A DNA stretch of 64,000 bases. It comes from Camelus ferus. Taxonomy: Eukaryota. Of the stretch, positions 12,379 through 26,900 are shown piece after piece. A program made the translations under genes and the position numbers. The notes beneath the pieces were generated by a model. The model was not told where the DNA came from. It searched no databases and worked only from the letters and a program-made list of their open reading frames with translations. Where the stretch lies: positions 90,274,001 to 90,338,000 of the forward strand of contig NC_045696.1 of the NCBI RefSeq assembly GCF_009834535.1, in the 5' to 3' direction. Within the stretch, counting starts at the first letter, position 1. Each line of letters starts with the position of its first letter.

Positions 12379-12599
12379 GCTGCATCTTTATTATCTATTC
12401 AACTATTGATGTGCACTTAGGATGCTTCCATATCTTGGCAATTATAAATAATTCTGCTGTTAATAGCAGGGTGTATGTATCTTTTTGAGTTAATTCTTAT
12501 TTTGTGGTTGGCTTTATTCCTTTGATAACTATGTAAATTTAAAAAGCTAAAGCTCTAAACATTCTTAGAAACAATGAACAGTACATATATGTAAATTAA

Positions 12600-13150
12600 A
12601 AAATGTATGTGCAGTAAAAAAAAATATCTATCAAGCCATGAAAGACATAGAAGAAACTTAAAAAAACATATTACTAAATGAAAGAAGCCAGTCTGAAAAG
12701 GCTACAAACTGTACGATTCCAACCAAATGACATTCTGGAAAAGGCACAGCTACAGAAACAATAAAAAGATCGTGGTTTCCAGGGGTCTAGGGAGAAGGAG
12801 GTGGGGAGGAATGAACAGATGGAGCACAAGGGATTTTTAGGGCAATGAAATTATTCCGTATGATACTATAGTGGTAGCTACATGTCATTATGCATTTGTC
12901 AAAACCCATAGAATGCACAACATCAAGAGTGAACCCTAGTGTAAACTATGGGCTTTGCTTGATAATAATGTGCCCAGGTTGGTTCATCGATTGTACCAAA
13001 TATATCACACTGATGAGGGGTGTTGAGGGTAGGGGAGTATATATGTGTGGGTGGGGAGGGCTATGTGGGAACTCAGTATTTTCTGCTCAATTCTGCTGTA
13101 AACCTGAAACTGTTCTAAAAAAATTAAGTCTATTAAAAAGAAAAAAAAAT
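12600..13150 (+). mobile_element. Old L1 (L1MC-like) 3' UTR
   Basis: GAAAGAAGCCAGTCTGAAAAGGCTAC...CATTCTGGAAAAGGC...CAAGAGTGAACCCTAGTGTAAACTATGG, ending in an A tail. Confidence 0.75.
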
Positions 13151-14179
13151 TTTTTATGCCTACTTTGTGCTAGGCACTATCAACACGGTCGTTATTAACA
13201 TAACAGACACAGCCCCTGCCCTCAGGGAGCTTATAAAGGAAGCAATAGATACCCCATCAAATTCTTCAGTAAAAGCTGAGGTAAGGTAAGAAGGAAAAGT
13301 GCAGGGTTGTTCAAAGACCACAGGAATTTTAGAAGAACCTGATATAGCCTGAAGGGTCTGCAAGAGTTTCCACAGGAAGAAGGGTTCCGAGCTGGGGCTA
13401 AAGTTTTCTGTTGTAAATCCTGGGAAACCAGGTTGTAGAGAATCCTGGATAAAATATTCTAAGCAGAGGGAGCAGCATGGACAAAGCCCCTCGGAAGGGA
13501 AGGAGCATGACCAATTTGAAGAAATGTAAACAGCTGGCACACAGAGGCCTGGAGCTGAGGCCCAGGGGTAGTGGAAAGAGTGAGGCAGTGGCCAGACCAC
13601 GAAAGCAGCAGCAGACTTGTCCCAGCTGGGAAGGCCAATTTTCAATAGCCATGAGCCAGGACCATCACATGGCAGTCAAGGCCTAAGGAACTAACAACTG
13701 AGTAACAACACAATAAACCAAAAATCAGAAAAATGGATGTAAATAAACTTACCCTGAATAAGGAATTCACTCTCAAGCTGGTCTAGAGCTTTAAAGCATA
13801 CAATCTTATGCCATGTACTTCAAACAATAAAATCAGCTAAATACATTAAACAGTAGTTGTCTAAACTACCTGCATGTCCACAGAAAGCAAAACACATAAA
13901 ATATTCCTTGACTTTAATATGCAATATGACAAGACTAAGTCAACTAAAGTGTTTGTCAGAAATTTCATATCCGTATTTTATTTAATGCAAGAAACATAAA
14001 TGTTACTTAAAGTCCTGCTCTGAAGAAAAAACTACTCCCATAATTCTTCAATGATTGTAACTAGGCAAATTTTCTTTATTACAACTTAGATTTTCTTATA
14101 GAGAAAACTTTCCACATAAATAAGAATTAAAATCAGTGTTTTAACATGTTTTTTGAAATCAAAAGTTAAAGGACATCCT

Positions 14180-14909
14180 GTATTCCTTTTGCAGCATTTT
14201 TATTTATCCTTGTAGATATGCAATTATCATAATTTACAGGACACTTTTTAGTAATTAATTGGACTATAAGAAAAACTGTACAGAAAGTTTGTACCACAAA
14301 ATCATGTCCCCAAGGGGTCCAGGTCCTCAGTAACAGAGAGAAAAAGAAGGGTCACTGCTCGGCAACCTCTCCTAAGTGGAGAGGTCAGAACTCCATCTGC
14401 CATTTGTGCAACTGAGACTTCATAAAAATATCTTTCAAGTATTCCCTATTACAATAGGGAGTGATTATTAAAATGCCATTGTTTATTCTATATAAAACAT
14501 TCCTTCTACCCACTCAAAAGCCTTTTTTTTTTTCCTTTAAGATAAATAAAAGGCATAGCCCTAAAGTACACTTTGTGAAAATTATCTCAATACAAGATCC
14601 AAAGATTTCCATCATTTATTGTCCTTACTCAAAATCACCTGCATGTTAACAGGTGCAATTTTCTAAACTTCATCATTGATTAGCCTATTCCAAAGCAGAA
14701 TTCTTCAGCAATACAAGAGACACAGGCTAAAATAGGCCTCACAATTCTACTTTAAAATAGGTATATTCAAAATATAAATATAGTAACTCTTCAGATCATT
14801 ATTCTTCCTAACATCTAAACTCTAAATTTAAAAAAAAAAAAAAATGGAGGTTTTCAAACCAATGATGTGTGCAGCCCATTCTCATGTCACAGTCATTTAA
14901 ACTTCTCAT
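14180..14909 (-). other. MFSD1: MFSD1 terminal exon 16: 4 coding nt (A-TGA, 14909-14906) plus 3' UTR
   Basis: Acceptor TGTTTTGCAG|ATGAG completes GA|A (Glu) and the stop codon. AATAAA on - at 14615-14620, 14482-14487, 14199-14204 and 14075-14080. The 3' end is approximate. Confidence 0.8.
14199..14204 (-). terminator. Candidate MFSD1 polyadenylation signal AATAAA
   Basis: TTTATT on + about 700 nt downstream of the stop, followed on - by U-rich sequence. Other hexamers nearby are alternatives. Confidence 0.5.
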
Positions 14910-17900
14910 CTGCAAAACACAATACAATAAATTATCCAAAAAGGGAGAGGAAAAAACACAAAACCCCACCATCACAGAATGGAAACCATAACCACTATAA
15001 AACATGCAGTGCCAAATACTAAGTAACACATTTTGCTGGATAATCTTTTCACTCCTCTTCATTATAAAAGTAATACAGGATCGATGCAGAAAACTTGGAA
15101 AACACTAAAAAGCCAAGAAAAAAAATAAACTCTTCTAACCCTGCCATTCAAATGGATTTGTTAGTATTTGGAGATTTCTCTTTCAGTATTTTTTCTATTA
15201 TACACAGGTAATGGATTTAAGAAACACACATGCCTGCATACATTTTCTTGAATAAAATTAGGATATTATATTTGCATTTTTTATCTTTTGTTTACTTAAC
15301 ATACAGCATGTTGAATATCTCTGACTTTAATAATCCTTCTAAAACATGATTTTAACAACAAGTGATATGGACATGTCATAATATGTTTCAGCATTTCCCT
15401 AGTGGGGACATATATGTTGTTTCAGTTTTTTTGATACAATTAACAAGACACTCATAAAGATATCTAAAACTTGCAACACATCAGATTATTTTCTAAAGAT
15501 GTATTTCTAGGAGAATTACTATGTTAAAGGGAATTTGAGATGGCCAAGGATCAGCCCCCTGAAAACACAGCCTTGTTCTACCTGATTTTAATCTATTCAA
15601 AATTCACAAAACTTACAGTCATATGGTATATATTAACAAATAAATTTTTTAAATCATAAAAAATTCAACGTCTAAAAAGTTAGAAATAACAAGAAATAGA
15701 ATCACTACTATGTTTTAGCACACAGTCATGGAAAAATTAATTTAACTTAAACCTCACACTTACATAAATGAGTCAGATTACACAGAATAGCATGTTAGTA
15801 CCAGGAGAAGATAAGATTATCTCAACCAGTTAAGAAAAAGAAAATATGAGAAAGAATGGAAGGGTGAACCCAGCACAGGAAGTCAGGACAAAGATCTCTC
15901 CTCCAATAAAATACAAATACTTCAGGTCTCTCTCTTCTCTCTGAAGACAATTTAAAGCCTAATTTGTTCTTTACCCCCTTCCTTTTAACCTTTGATATCC
16001 CTTTTAACATTTTCTAACACAAACAAGAATTTTGCTATAATAGTTCTAGAGGTAATCATTAGCTCTCAAAACTCAAGAAAAAGACTAATTTCTTCAAAGT
16101 CTAAACCCAGTCTCTTGAAATAAAATGCTAATGTTCTAAGATTTTCAAAATAAAGACAACTTTTCTCTCCTTTAATACTTACTCTGCATGAGAAAGTTTT
16201 ATTTCTTCCCTTTGTTTTGCAGAATAATTTAGGTTGCCACCTAAAACACAAATAAGCACAGGATCTTTTCAATATAACTATCATGAGTAAAATTCAAGCA
16301 TGCACACATACACACACGCCTTTAAGTAATGTAAAAGGCTATGGAAGGTGAGAAATAGTTTATCTCCTAGAAACTTCCCAAGGGGGAAAAACTGTTTTTT
16401 AAGAATCCTTATATGATACAAATAATCACTCCTCAATTTTAGCTTTTTAAAAGAAAATATGGACCAATGTATTGCTTGAGGTTTTGCTCATTGGGACCCT
16501 GCATCAGTATTCAATAGTAGTGAAAATTAGGAGACATTAAAGGAAATGACCTAAAATTATTTAAACAGCATCATTCTTCCAAGTGCATGACAATCCTTAG
16601 GAGGGAGCCAGTTTAGAAAAATTAATAACGGTGATATCAAAATCTTATAAAGAGCAAAAAAAAAAAAGAAAAAAGAAAGAAACACAAATGTATATACTAG
16701 ATATTAGCAAATGAAAAGATCTGCAGTTTCTCATTCTATATCAAACACTTTAAACCTTAAAATGCAAATTACAGCTACGAATGTATTTACTTCTCACTTT
16801 TTTAAACTATAAGACAGTAACACAAGAAGGGCTTTAGGTTACTTTTTTAAAAAACATACTTCTTTATGCTAGTATAAAAAGAGCATCTAAAACTTTATAT
16901 TACAAAGCTTAAATTGAACTGTCCAGGAAGAATATGACAACAATTTTAATAAATATGAACATAATGATGTTTCACAATGGAATGTGTTTCCATCACTATG
17001 AATGAAATGCTATTACATGAACTAAAGCACTGGCCTCGCCAGAGGCCTGGGGACAGTCCAGGGACCCCACAAGATGATCCACTGTGGTTTAAGAAAGAAA
17101 ATATCTGAACTTCTACTTACCTTGGGCACGATTCACCAAGTAGAGTAAGACCACAGATAAGAGTGACACTGGAAGTGAAAAAACATACGGCCCTAAAAAC
17201 ATGTACTTCTTCCCAGTGATTCCTATGTCATCATAATTACAAAGAAAAGCTTAGAAAATCAAATCTTTACTAATAAGCATTTAAAAATAAAAACACTGTT
17301 CACATCATTTTCCAAAAAGTACTAAAAATAAGTTACACACCATTTCCTCCATGAGAAATATATTTTTAAAACCTGAGCCAAGGGATGGCAGGGACAGAAA
17401 AAGAGAAACTGAGACACCCGACCCTAGAAGAAGAGGCCAAGCCACCTCCTTCCTCTCTCTCTGGAACTGCTGGTCGTTCCCAGCACTTCTTCACAACTCC
17501 TGCCAGCCATTAGGCTGTTTAATTTCTACAGAGCCAAGTAGAAGTACTCCTTTGGGGGTTTTAAATCTGAAAACACCATGTTCATTTTATAAACTAATCA
17601 AACGTTAAAACGTGGTCATTAAGCTCCCAGAAACCCAGAACCAGTGAAGGTCTCAGAAAGTCAGGTACATGGCTTTTTACTGTAACAAGTGTGGCACACT
17701 GAATTTATTTTAAATTAATACATCAACAGAAATATTTTTAAATAGCATGGTGTTTGGTTTGAGAGCCAAATTTATATGGAACCACTGACTGAAATTAAAC
17801 CACATGTTGCAGCATCAAAAATACTCAAAAACACTTTCATGACTTAGGATTCTGAACTCTTACATGGCCCACTACTTAAAAAGAAATAATATATTTTTAA

Positions 17901-20900
17901 AATCTGATGTGCTCATTTCTAAAACTGAGATAATAAAATGTATTCAGGCTATACATAAGCAATTATCTGCAAATACCACACTTGCCAGGTATAGTATTTA
18001 TTCCTATACATGAAAATGAAATCTGATAAAATCATCACTGGGATTGCTACTTTAAACAGAATTTATCGAAGTGTAAAAGACATCTTGATATGTTTTGTGA
18101 AAATTTTTTTCAGATGAACACAACTGATGTGTAAGGTAAATACTATCAGTGGGAAAATGCTGACTTATTGTTGTAGATTTCAGCAGTTTCCTAATGCTTC
18201 CTATTTTTCACCAATGAATCATTACAGGTAAAAATTAAGCAACAGGACTAAGAACAAAAGGAGTTCAAAATTGCCTAATGAATAAACCACGAGCACTCAC
18301 ACCTAAGCCATGTCAGTGTCCACACAGTCACACCAGGGACGTACTCAGGACCCTTCAAATGGTTCCACTTTAAAGGGGAAAGTGTTTTTAAAAACCATAA
18401 ATATTTTAAACAGAATATAAAGCAGATTCCATTGCTGTCTTTAAGGTTTGGAATCTCCTTGAAAAATACCTGTGAATCTTCAGAAAACTAAAAAGTCACT
18501 AGCTGGGAAACTGATGCACAGGCAAAAAAACAGGCAAATCTGAGTGATACAGCTTAGGGATTTGGTTTACAAAATGGAAAAGAGAATCGTAACAACCAAA
18601 ACCTCAAAGTATAAGTGAGAACATTCCGCTACATATTAAAAGAAACTGAATGTTGCCAGGTGGCGCACTTACAAGAAACACAGGCAATGAAGAAAACTTC
18701 TAAAAACAAATATCCCCGAGTATCCAGTATCATGCCAGCAATGATGGAAATGACTGCCAACCCAAGATTCTGAATGGACTGCATGCTACAATTTAAGAAA
18801 TTAAAAGAAAAAACACATGTCAATTCTAAAGTCTTCACACACTGAGGAGCAATTTACTATAAACACTCGTATCTACAAACCACATACTATTAGTGTTAAG
18901 AGATGTTTTCGATCAGGAATGATGTGATTAGATTCACTTTCTTACCACATGATTGTTATCACTCTAAACTTTATGCTCAGAGGTAAGGGAGTTAATAAGT
19001 GCAGTATGATCTCAACACCTTCCTGCTGAATGAAAGGGTTAAGTGAATACCAACCACAAACGTGGTTTCCACTTTGGCCTTTTATGCCAGACTGTAACTC
19101 AACTTCTCACTGAGAAGCCCTGAGACAGATGGACCATGGGATGGTCCTGTCAGCAATTACCTCTTATGGGTTAGTTTATCTCCAGCACTCTTGCTGGAGG
19201 CTCAGAGCATTTTTTTTTGCCACAATAATAACATAAATAGGTTAATTGACTTTTCTAGTTATTTCCAGGTTCAGAGCTGTCCCAGAAGCCTGAAGATAAT
19301 TAAGTTATTACAGCAGAGAGACATTATACGATCCACGGTGCAAACACTTACAAGCCATATGCAGTTCCCAGTTGATGTTCAGGAACTACAAATGCCACCA
19401 TTGGCCACAGTGCACAGGCAAGCAACGAATAGGACAGTCCCAGGAGACACTATAGAAAGCAATATGGAAAAGGGTAAAAAAGCCTTATATTAACCAAAAG
19501 CTGATTTTCCTTTGATGCAGATTAGCAAGAATGACATAATAACTAATATACGAATATTCATGTAAATTGTACTGCAAAATAATAAGACTAAAAACTCATA
19601 TTCAATACAGAAAAGTCCTGGCCCTCTCTAACAGTGTCCCTCTAGTGACAAAATACACAACACTGTCTTAACCATTTTAAATTATATGTACATATAATTG
19701 GCTGGGCCTAGGGTGCAGTCAAAGACCAAGCAAGAAAATAAAGCTAATTTGCAAAAAGTTACTACCAACGTCTTAGGCAAGCTAATTTTCCAGTATTTAT
19801 TAGGAATTAAAACAAATTAAGCAATCAAGGTAACATCACGCCGAAGTCCATTACCTGACCTCTGGGTCATCACCACCCAGATGGAGAGCTGGGTTCTCAG
19901 AGAACCAGCAACAACCACTGACTGCTTAACATCACTTAATGCTAACTTTTCCTTCAATTAAGGAAGATACCTTATCATTTAAGTTAAAGTAAGATCATTT
20001 ACCCCTATCAGATTGGCAATGATTAACATAATGCCGATGTCCAACAATGGCAAGAATACTTTAAAACAACATACACAAATATTCATATATTATTGGTAAA
20101 GCTATAAATGAGTAGAAAGTTATTGGAGGAGAGGTTTCACAGTATCCATCAAGAAGCGAACTGTGCAAAGCCTCTGCTATAGCATTTCTACTTCTAGGAA
20201 TCCGTCCCACAGAATTCTCACCAAGTGAGAATATCTACGTCCAAGTCCCTTTATTAAAAGGTAAGAAATGCAGCACTTCAGCCTGTGGTCTTAAGAATGA
20301 CATTCTGAAGAACAATAACAAAAACTTGATGAACTCATTATTACTTCCTGACCTACTAAGAGTCAAAGACAAAAGAATGCAAAATCAGATATTGGGCTGA
20401 TAGATTTTTTTTTTTGCCACCTATGATAGAATGACTTCTTTTAATGAAGTACAGAAAAATATAAGGAATTAACAAGCATTCTGGCTTTTATACGACTATT
20501 TTATTTCAAATTCTATAACAACATTGAGAGTAGTTAAATAAGCCAAATGAAATCAAAAATACTTTATGCATTAATGATTCATATTTATATACTCTAAGAA
20601 TAGTTACTCCATAAAAACTGAAATCAAGTCACTGTTTTCCCCACTGTCACAAGCACTGCTATCAGAAGAGCTGAGCGCGGCTCCTGGCAGGTGCTATACA
20701 GAGTCCTCCCTGAAGCCCTGAGCCCCCAGGAGTCAGCAGTGACGTTACCATAGCAATCCAAGGGTTCCACAGCGTAAAGGCCAGCATCATGTGGGAAGCA
20801 AGGGTGGTCACCACTGCACACAGAACCCAGATGATGTTCTTTCCTGTTTTATCCACCAGGAGCCCAAATACTGGGGACATGGGAGCTGATATTACATACA

Positions 20901-23900
20901 CAATACTGCCCAGAAAATATAAAAGATATTTAATAAATTATATCACAGCAACAAAAAATCCAAAAAGTCCCTAAAACCATTAGGTAAAGCAAACCCCAGC
21001 TCATTTCATTTAATATTCTTCTAAAATGGTCATCAGTAAACAGAAATATAGAGATATAAACAGTGGTCCAAAACTTATTTGGTTTTCCATTAATGCAAAG
21101 ATTGCCGTTCAGAATCAAGACCCAAGACAGACTTGGTTTCACACTGAGGATGTTAGCTCACATACGTCCTTTCTGTCTTGCATAACACTGGGTTATAAAT
21201 AAAAATCCACACCAAGCACACAATATGCAATTAGAGAATTAACGAAGTACCTATTAATAGCACTCGCCGCCTGGGAGGAAAATCCAAATTTCTCTGTGAA
21301 GAAAACTCTAAAATAAAAAGGCGGGGGGTGGGGAAATGAACACGTTACAGAGCGCTATTCTGTTTTTAAAAAGTAAAGTCAAAATAAAACTGAATAAAAA
21401 TAACTCTAAGTTTAGTCAACTTTCCCTTTTTCATACTGTTTCCCCATCTTACTTGATAGTCATCCTCAAGCAACAGGCTAAAGCTTAGTATTTATATAAA
21501 TAGTTCACTAACTAAATAAAATATACTGATGCCTACTTTTTTCCTCTTTTACATATACGGCAAAGAATAATACACAAAATTTTCAGAAAACCACATGTAG
21601 TATGACAAGGAATTAAGACGGCTTACTTTACTTAAAAGCAATACTAGATAGGTTCTTCACTAAATAACATACAGGGTTCTTGTCTCAAACTAACAAATAA
21701 CAGCCTGAACTTAAAGGTTGTAATTACAAAGACACAGCCCCACAAACACACTCAAACACTGCTCTGTTTAAGTAGTTGCCAATGGAAAAGGAGAGCGAGG
21801 TAGAAGATAAAGCAAAGAAGAATTTGGTGTGGACCCTGAAGTTGAGCCTGGCAGAACAGCAGGCGTACAAACAGAAACAGGCTCTGTCACTATGAGCCAA
21901 TGCACTGTTTCCATTCTCAGTAAGAGGCTTCCTAACAAAAAAAAATAAAGAGGAAATAGAAAAGAATACGAATCCAGAACTAAGTGTTAAAATGGATCAA
22001 AAACTGCTTTTAAAGTATTTCTTCAAAAAAACTAATAATAAGTATTAAACCAGTACTAAACCTTATGCTAAGAAAACCAGTGGTATCCCAGGATGTAAAA
22101 CAATTCCTATGAAAATATAAACTACAACCAGGGACGCAAGATTGAAGCTTAAAAACACTACATTTACGTGATTGAATTCTCATGATCATTTAGCCAACAA
22201 AAATGGAACGCTAGAGAATACTCACTTCCCGAGTCCAATGAAAGGGAACACGGCAACATAATAGCAGACACAGATGATGAAGATGAGCCACAGGGGCAAG
22301 GAGAAGTCCTTCACATCAGTTAACTTAATAACTTCACCTTAGAGAAGAAAGGGAGGAGCCGTCAGCGTAGTTCTGTGTATCTAAGTCAAGACTAGTCTTC
22401 TTTTACCATGTGATTAACCTTCACAATTCAGTAAAAAAAAAAACAAAACAAACAAACAAAAAAAAACTTTTCTCAGTAAATCACTAAAATGCAGTTTCTG
22501 AGGTCACTTAAAAAGACCACAGAAAAAACAAAACCTAAGATTAGTATCTACCTTTTTGCTCTCTTCCAGGAACATTCATCATTTTGCAAATATACAATCA
22601 AGAACGTAAGCTCTGCCAAACCACTTAAGGGGGAAAAAGAATGAATCCAAAAATTTAGACAAGTGGAAATAGATTTGGAAATAAAAGTGTAAAAAAAAAA
22701 AGGTGTATTCAGCCTCACTGGGTTTACAACACTACATCAGGAACTTACCTCATTGTAAAACTATCTCAAAAATGCCGTATTTCCCAAAAGCGTCACTTTT
22801 GCATGTAGACTAACCTGTTTTTCCTTGTTCTTTATGAAGGATTCTTTCTGCTCTCTGATCCAAGTAAGCAAGGGCCAAGGCACAGACTAGTGAAAGAATA
22901 CATGTTATACCCCCTATAATAAAAAAAGAGAGAGAGAGATTCTTAAAAGAGAACCAAACTGAAGGTTCCTAAAAGGCAGCATATTATGTTAACAGCAGAA
23001 AACCCAGCAACTGAAAGGGATGGCATCTAGACACACACGTGAAAAGCCTGCATCACTGCATCAGGACAGAAGGACAGGACGCGCACACAGGAGGCACTCA
23101 AACAGCGGTGGCTATACCGTATTATCTCCCAGCTGGAGGATGCAGACCAGGTGGAAAGACTAAAATTAAAGCCAGTCTAGCCTTGTCATCAGAATACAGA
23201 CTGAAGAAAGCTGATGACCAGCTAGCAATTTAGTCCTAATTTCTTAATCCAGTTTAAGCACCAATTATTGATGGATGCCAGGGGAACAAAACTATAAAAG
23301 CAAAGTCTTGATTCTGTGATCACCTCATCTTCCTTGTTTTTTTCTTCTTTCAAACTGTTTTTTTTTTAATTGAAGTATAGTCAATTTACAATGCTGTATT
23401 AATTTCTGGTGTATTCATCTTCCCTTTGGATTCCTTCCTGAAGTCTAACCCTTGCTCCTACCCTGTGGAGGCCAAAGGGCCCAGCCTCCCACAGCACAGC
23501 TCACTCAGGTCTGCTTTCCTTCGAGTATTCAGCATTACTCACTAATGCTGACCTTATATCATTAAAGTGAATCAGGATAAGGAGTGAATAAAGTTTATAC
23601 TTCTCAAGAATTTTAATAAAAAGCTTAGTAAAATAAATGAATCTTTAACTGGTGACACAATACTACATAAAAATTGTGACGTAAGACTCAGTAGACATGG
23701 GTTCTACTTCTGACACTAACAAGCTGATTGAATTGACCTTGGACAAGGAACTTAACCTCTCTGGGCTTCAATTTTCCCATCTGTAAAATTAGAGGCTTTG
23801 ACCTGATGGTACAGATCTTTTCTGGCTCTAAAATTCTTTGAGATTCTCAATTCTCCATTGTGGAGAATTAGAAGGAATACAGAAGAGCACTGGAGAGCAA

Positions 23901-26900
23901 GAAAGAGGTTTCAGGTGGCAGAGGACATGAGAGGGAGGTAAGAAAGGAGGAGTCTCTAGATACAAGCTGCCCATCTAATAAAAGACAGCACAGAACCTCA
24001 GCCCACCACCCCACAGGCCTCTCCAGGGCTGTGCAAGCAGCTCTCCACACACCATGGGGCTCAGTTAGACAAATGCACTGCTCAGCAAAGCAGCATGGGT
24101 GCTGAATCCAGAGGGCCTCGTCCGCATCTCAGTGACCCACCCAGCAATCAGCAAAGAACTCAGGGCCAGAAGGGACCTATACCATTTTAGTCAAACACCC
24201 ACAATTTTACAGAAATGAAAACTGAGACACAGAGGTTAACTTCCTTGTCCAAGGTGACAGAACTAGTCAGGGACAGGACGAGAACCCAGACTCCGGCTGC
24301 CAACTTGGTGGATTTCCCACCAAAACCCATCACCTCTGACTTCTATAAATCTAAGCTCCACAGGCACACTAACTGAATTTGATCAAAAAGAAACAATTCT
24401 CCTTCTCCTACAGACTATTAACTAGCACTTTACATGTATGAACTCCCTGTTTTCATTCTCACACACACTCTCCCAACTGCCAATCAAAACAACACTGAAG
24501 CAGACACGGTGGGACAAGATCCTCATTTTAGGAAAGTGGAAATAAAAACACAAGTGGGGTAAATGATGTCACTACATTCATTATGTCTAATTAGGTCCAA
24601 GAACTAGTGAACCGTGCAGGCAAAACTATAACCAAGTGGTCTGACTCCAATCCCAGTGTTCTTTCCTCTCTGCCTCAATAGTCCATGTGACAAGCTTTCA
24701 GGAGAGACAAAGGTGAGAAGTCAGGACTCACTAACCGATCATAAGTGTGACCCCAAGGGTTGTGTGACCAGCAGAACCCAACGAAGCTTCAACCTTAGAA
24801 TACAGCCATCCCATGAGGTTCATGTTTACTGTACTTCCCTGAAAGAAAAGGGGGGTAAAAAAGCAACATAATTTTCATTTATATCTCTGTCTTGCTCAAA
24901 AAAACAGGATGGGAGATAGCTTAGAGAAATAAGTATAATAGGGTTCATATTAAACAACAGATAAATTTTTTAAAAACACTACAAGGAAAAAACTAACAAA
25001 CTAAGATAAGGCCACAGGTAAGATTACTACACAAAAAGGCCAATTTATAGAAAATATTAGTATTCAAAACAGCACAGTACATCTAGAACTTCTTAATAGA
25101 CAAAACAAAAATGAAACAGGAGGTATAAAATTCACAGAGTACCCAGGACAAAAATAAACCTTAGCTCAGAAAAGGCACAACTTTTCCTGGTATTGACATC
25201 TGAAAAAAAAAAAAAATCATCCTCTGTCCTTAAGACAGTAATAGTTATGGTACATAATATCCTCATTCATTTATTCATTCATTTAGCAGTTATGGAACCC
25301 TGATTCCATGCTCGTCATTAATCTAGTTACTGGGAATATAATAAGAACAAGACAGAAAAACTTGCAGCTCTCACTGAGAGCTATCACATTTCAGTGGGTA
25401 GAACAGGTTAAATATGTAGTATTCTAAATAGCAATACGAACTTTTAAAAAAGTAAGGTTAAAAAAAAAGTATGGAAGGAGAATACAAAAGGGGTGGAGAC
25501 CTTGCTGGGCATGTGACTTTGGATTAAAACCTTGGAGGAAGCTGGCTCTGAGGCTAGCCGGTGGGAAGCACAACGTCGAGGCAGGAGGAACAGCCGGTGC
25601 ACCGGCCCCAAGAGGGAGTGTACTCAACGCACGGAGGCCGGAGACTAGACCAGTGCAAATGAAGAAGGGAGAGATGAGATGAGGTCCCCAGAGAGGAGAG
25701 GTGAGGAGGGCTACTGGTGATAATAAGGACCTTTGGCTTTTACTCTGTGTGAGATGGGAAGCCACTGGGGTTTTGAGTAGGGAAGTGGCATAATCCCTTA
25801 TGTTTTAACAGTCTTGCTCGGGGTGTTACATTTAAAACAGACCATAGGTGGGGATGAAGCAGAAGCAAGGACATAAGTTGGGGGCCACTGCAATCACGCA
25901 GAACAGAGATGACAGTTCTTAGACTGGGGGCACTGGCAGTGGGCGTGGTGAGAAGTGGTCAGAATATGGATATATTCTGATCGTAAAGCTAACAGGATTT
26001 GCTAATGGAAAATACATGGAGTGTGTATGTGTATGCTGGGGACGGGGGAGAAGCAGTTCAGGGTGACATCAAAGTTTTTGCCTGAGCAACCAGAAAAAAA
26101 GAGTTGCCTGTAACTGAGGATGAGAAAACTTCAGCATGAGCTGGTGTAGGGGTAGCAGGTAGAACACCAAGAGCTGGGTTTCGGCTGTGTTGAGTTTGAT
26201 ACGCCAACTAGATATCCAGATGGAAACGTCAAGGAGGAAGCTGCACATACAAGGGTGGAATTCAAGGGAAAGACCTGGGTGATATAATTTCAGGAGCAGA
26301 AACATGCTATTCATCTTCACATTTCAAAACTCGGTAAGATTACCAAGGAGGTGAGTGTCAAAAGATGAGAGGTGTCCAATGACCAAGCCTACATTTATAG
26401 GTTGAGAAGACTGAGATGGAACCAGCAAAAGAGGCAGAAGGAGCCAACAGAAAGGCAAGGAAAACTGAGACTGCAGTGACCTGGAATTCAAGAGAAGAAA
26501 TCAAGGAAGGCGGAGTGTCAATTGTGCTAAATGCTACTGACAGGTCAGACCCTGAAGACTGCTGAAGGTGTCCTCAACCATATGCTCACCATATGAGCAA
26601 ACCTCACATGGTTATTTCTCACTGTTAGCCAATGGCTTTATTCAAATAAGCAAGAAGGTATAAATGGAGACCTAATGGAAATATTTCTTCAATATCATTG
26701 AAAATACAAGCCCCTTCAAGACATACTGTGTTAATGATCCTTTAATTCAAAAATGCCTAACATGACCTGACGTAGCAAGTACTCAATAAGCATTTGTCAA
26801 AATAAGGAGTTTAAAAGTAACAAAGTACAAAGGAAAATCAAAAGGGTGCTGGACTTCCAACCCCCAGCTAAGAATAATAAAAAAAGTGAGAAGTCCGCTG

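Noticed and set aside
3312..13752. Isolated strong minus-strand donor motifs (3312-3316, 3466-3471, 5592-5597, 13748-13752) as MFSD1 readthrough exons
   Set aside because: No convincing paired acceptors or coding frame; such motifs occur by chance
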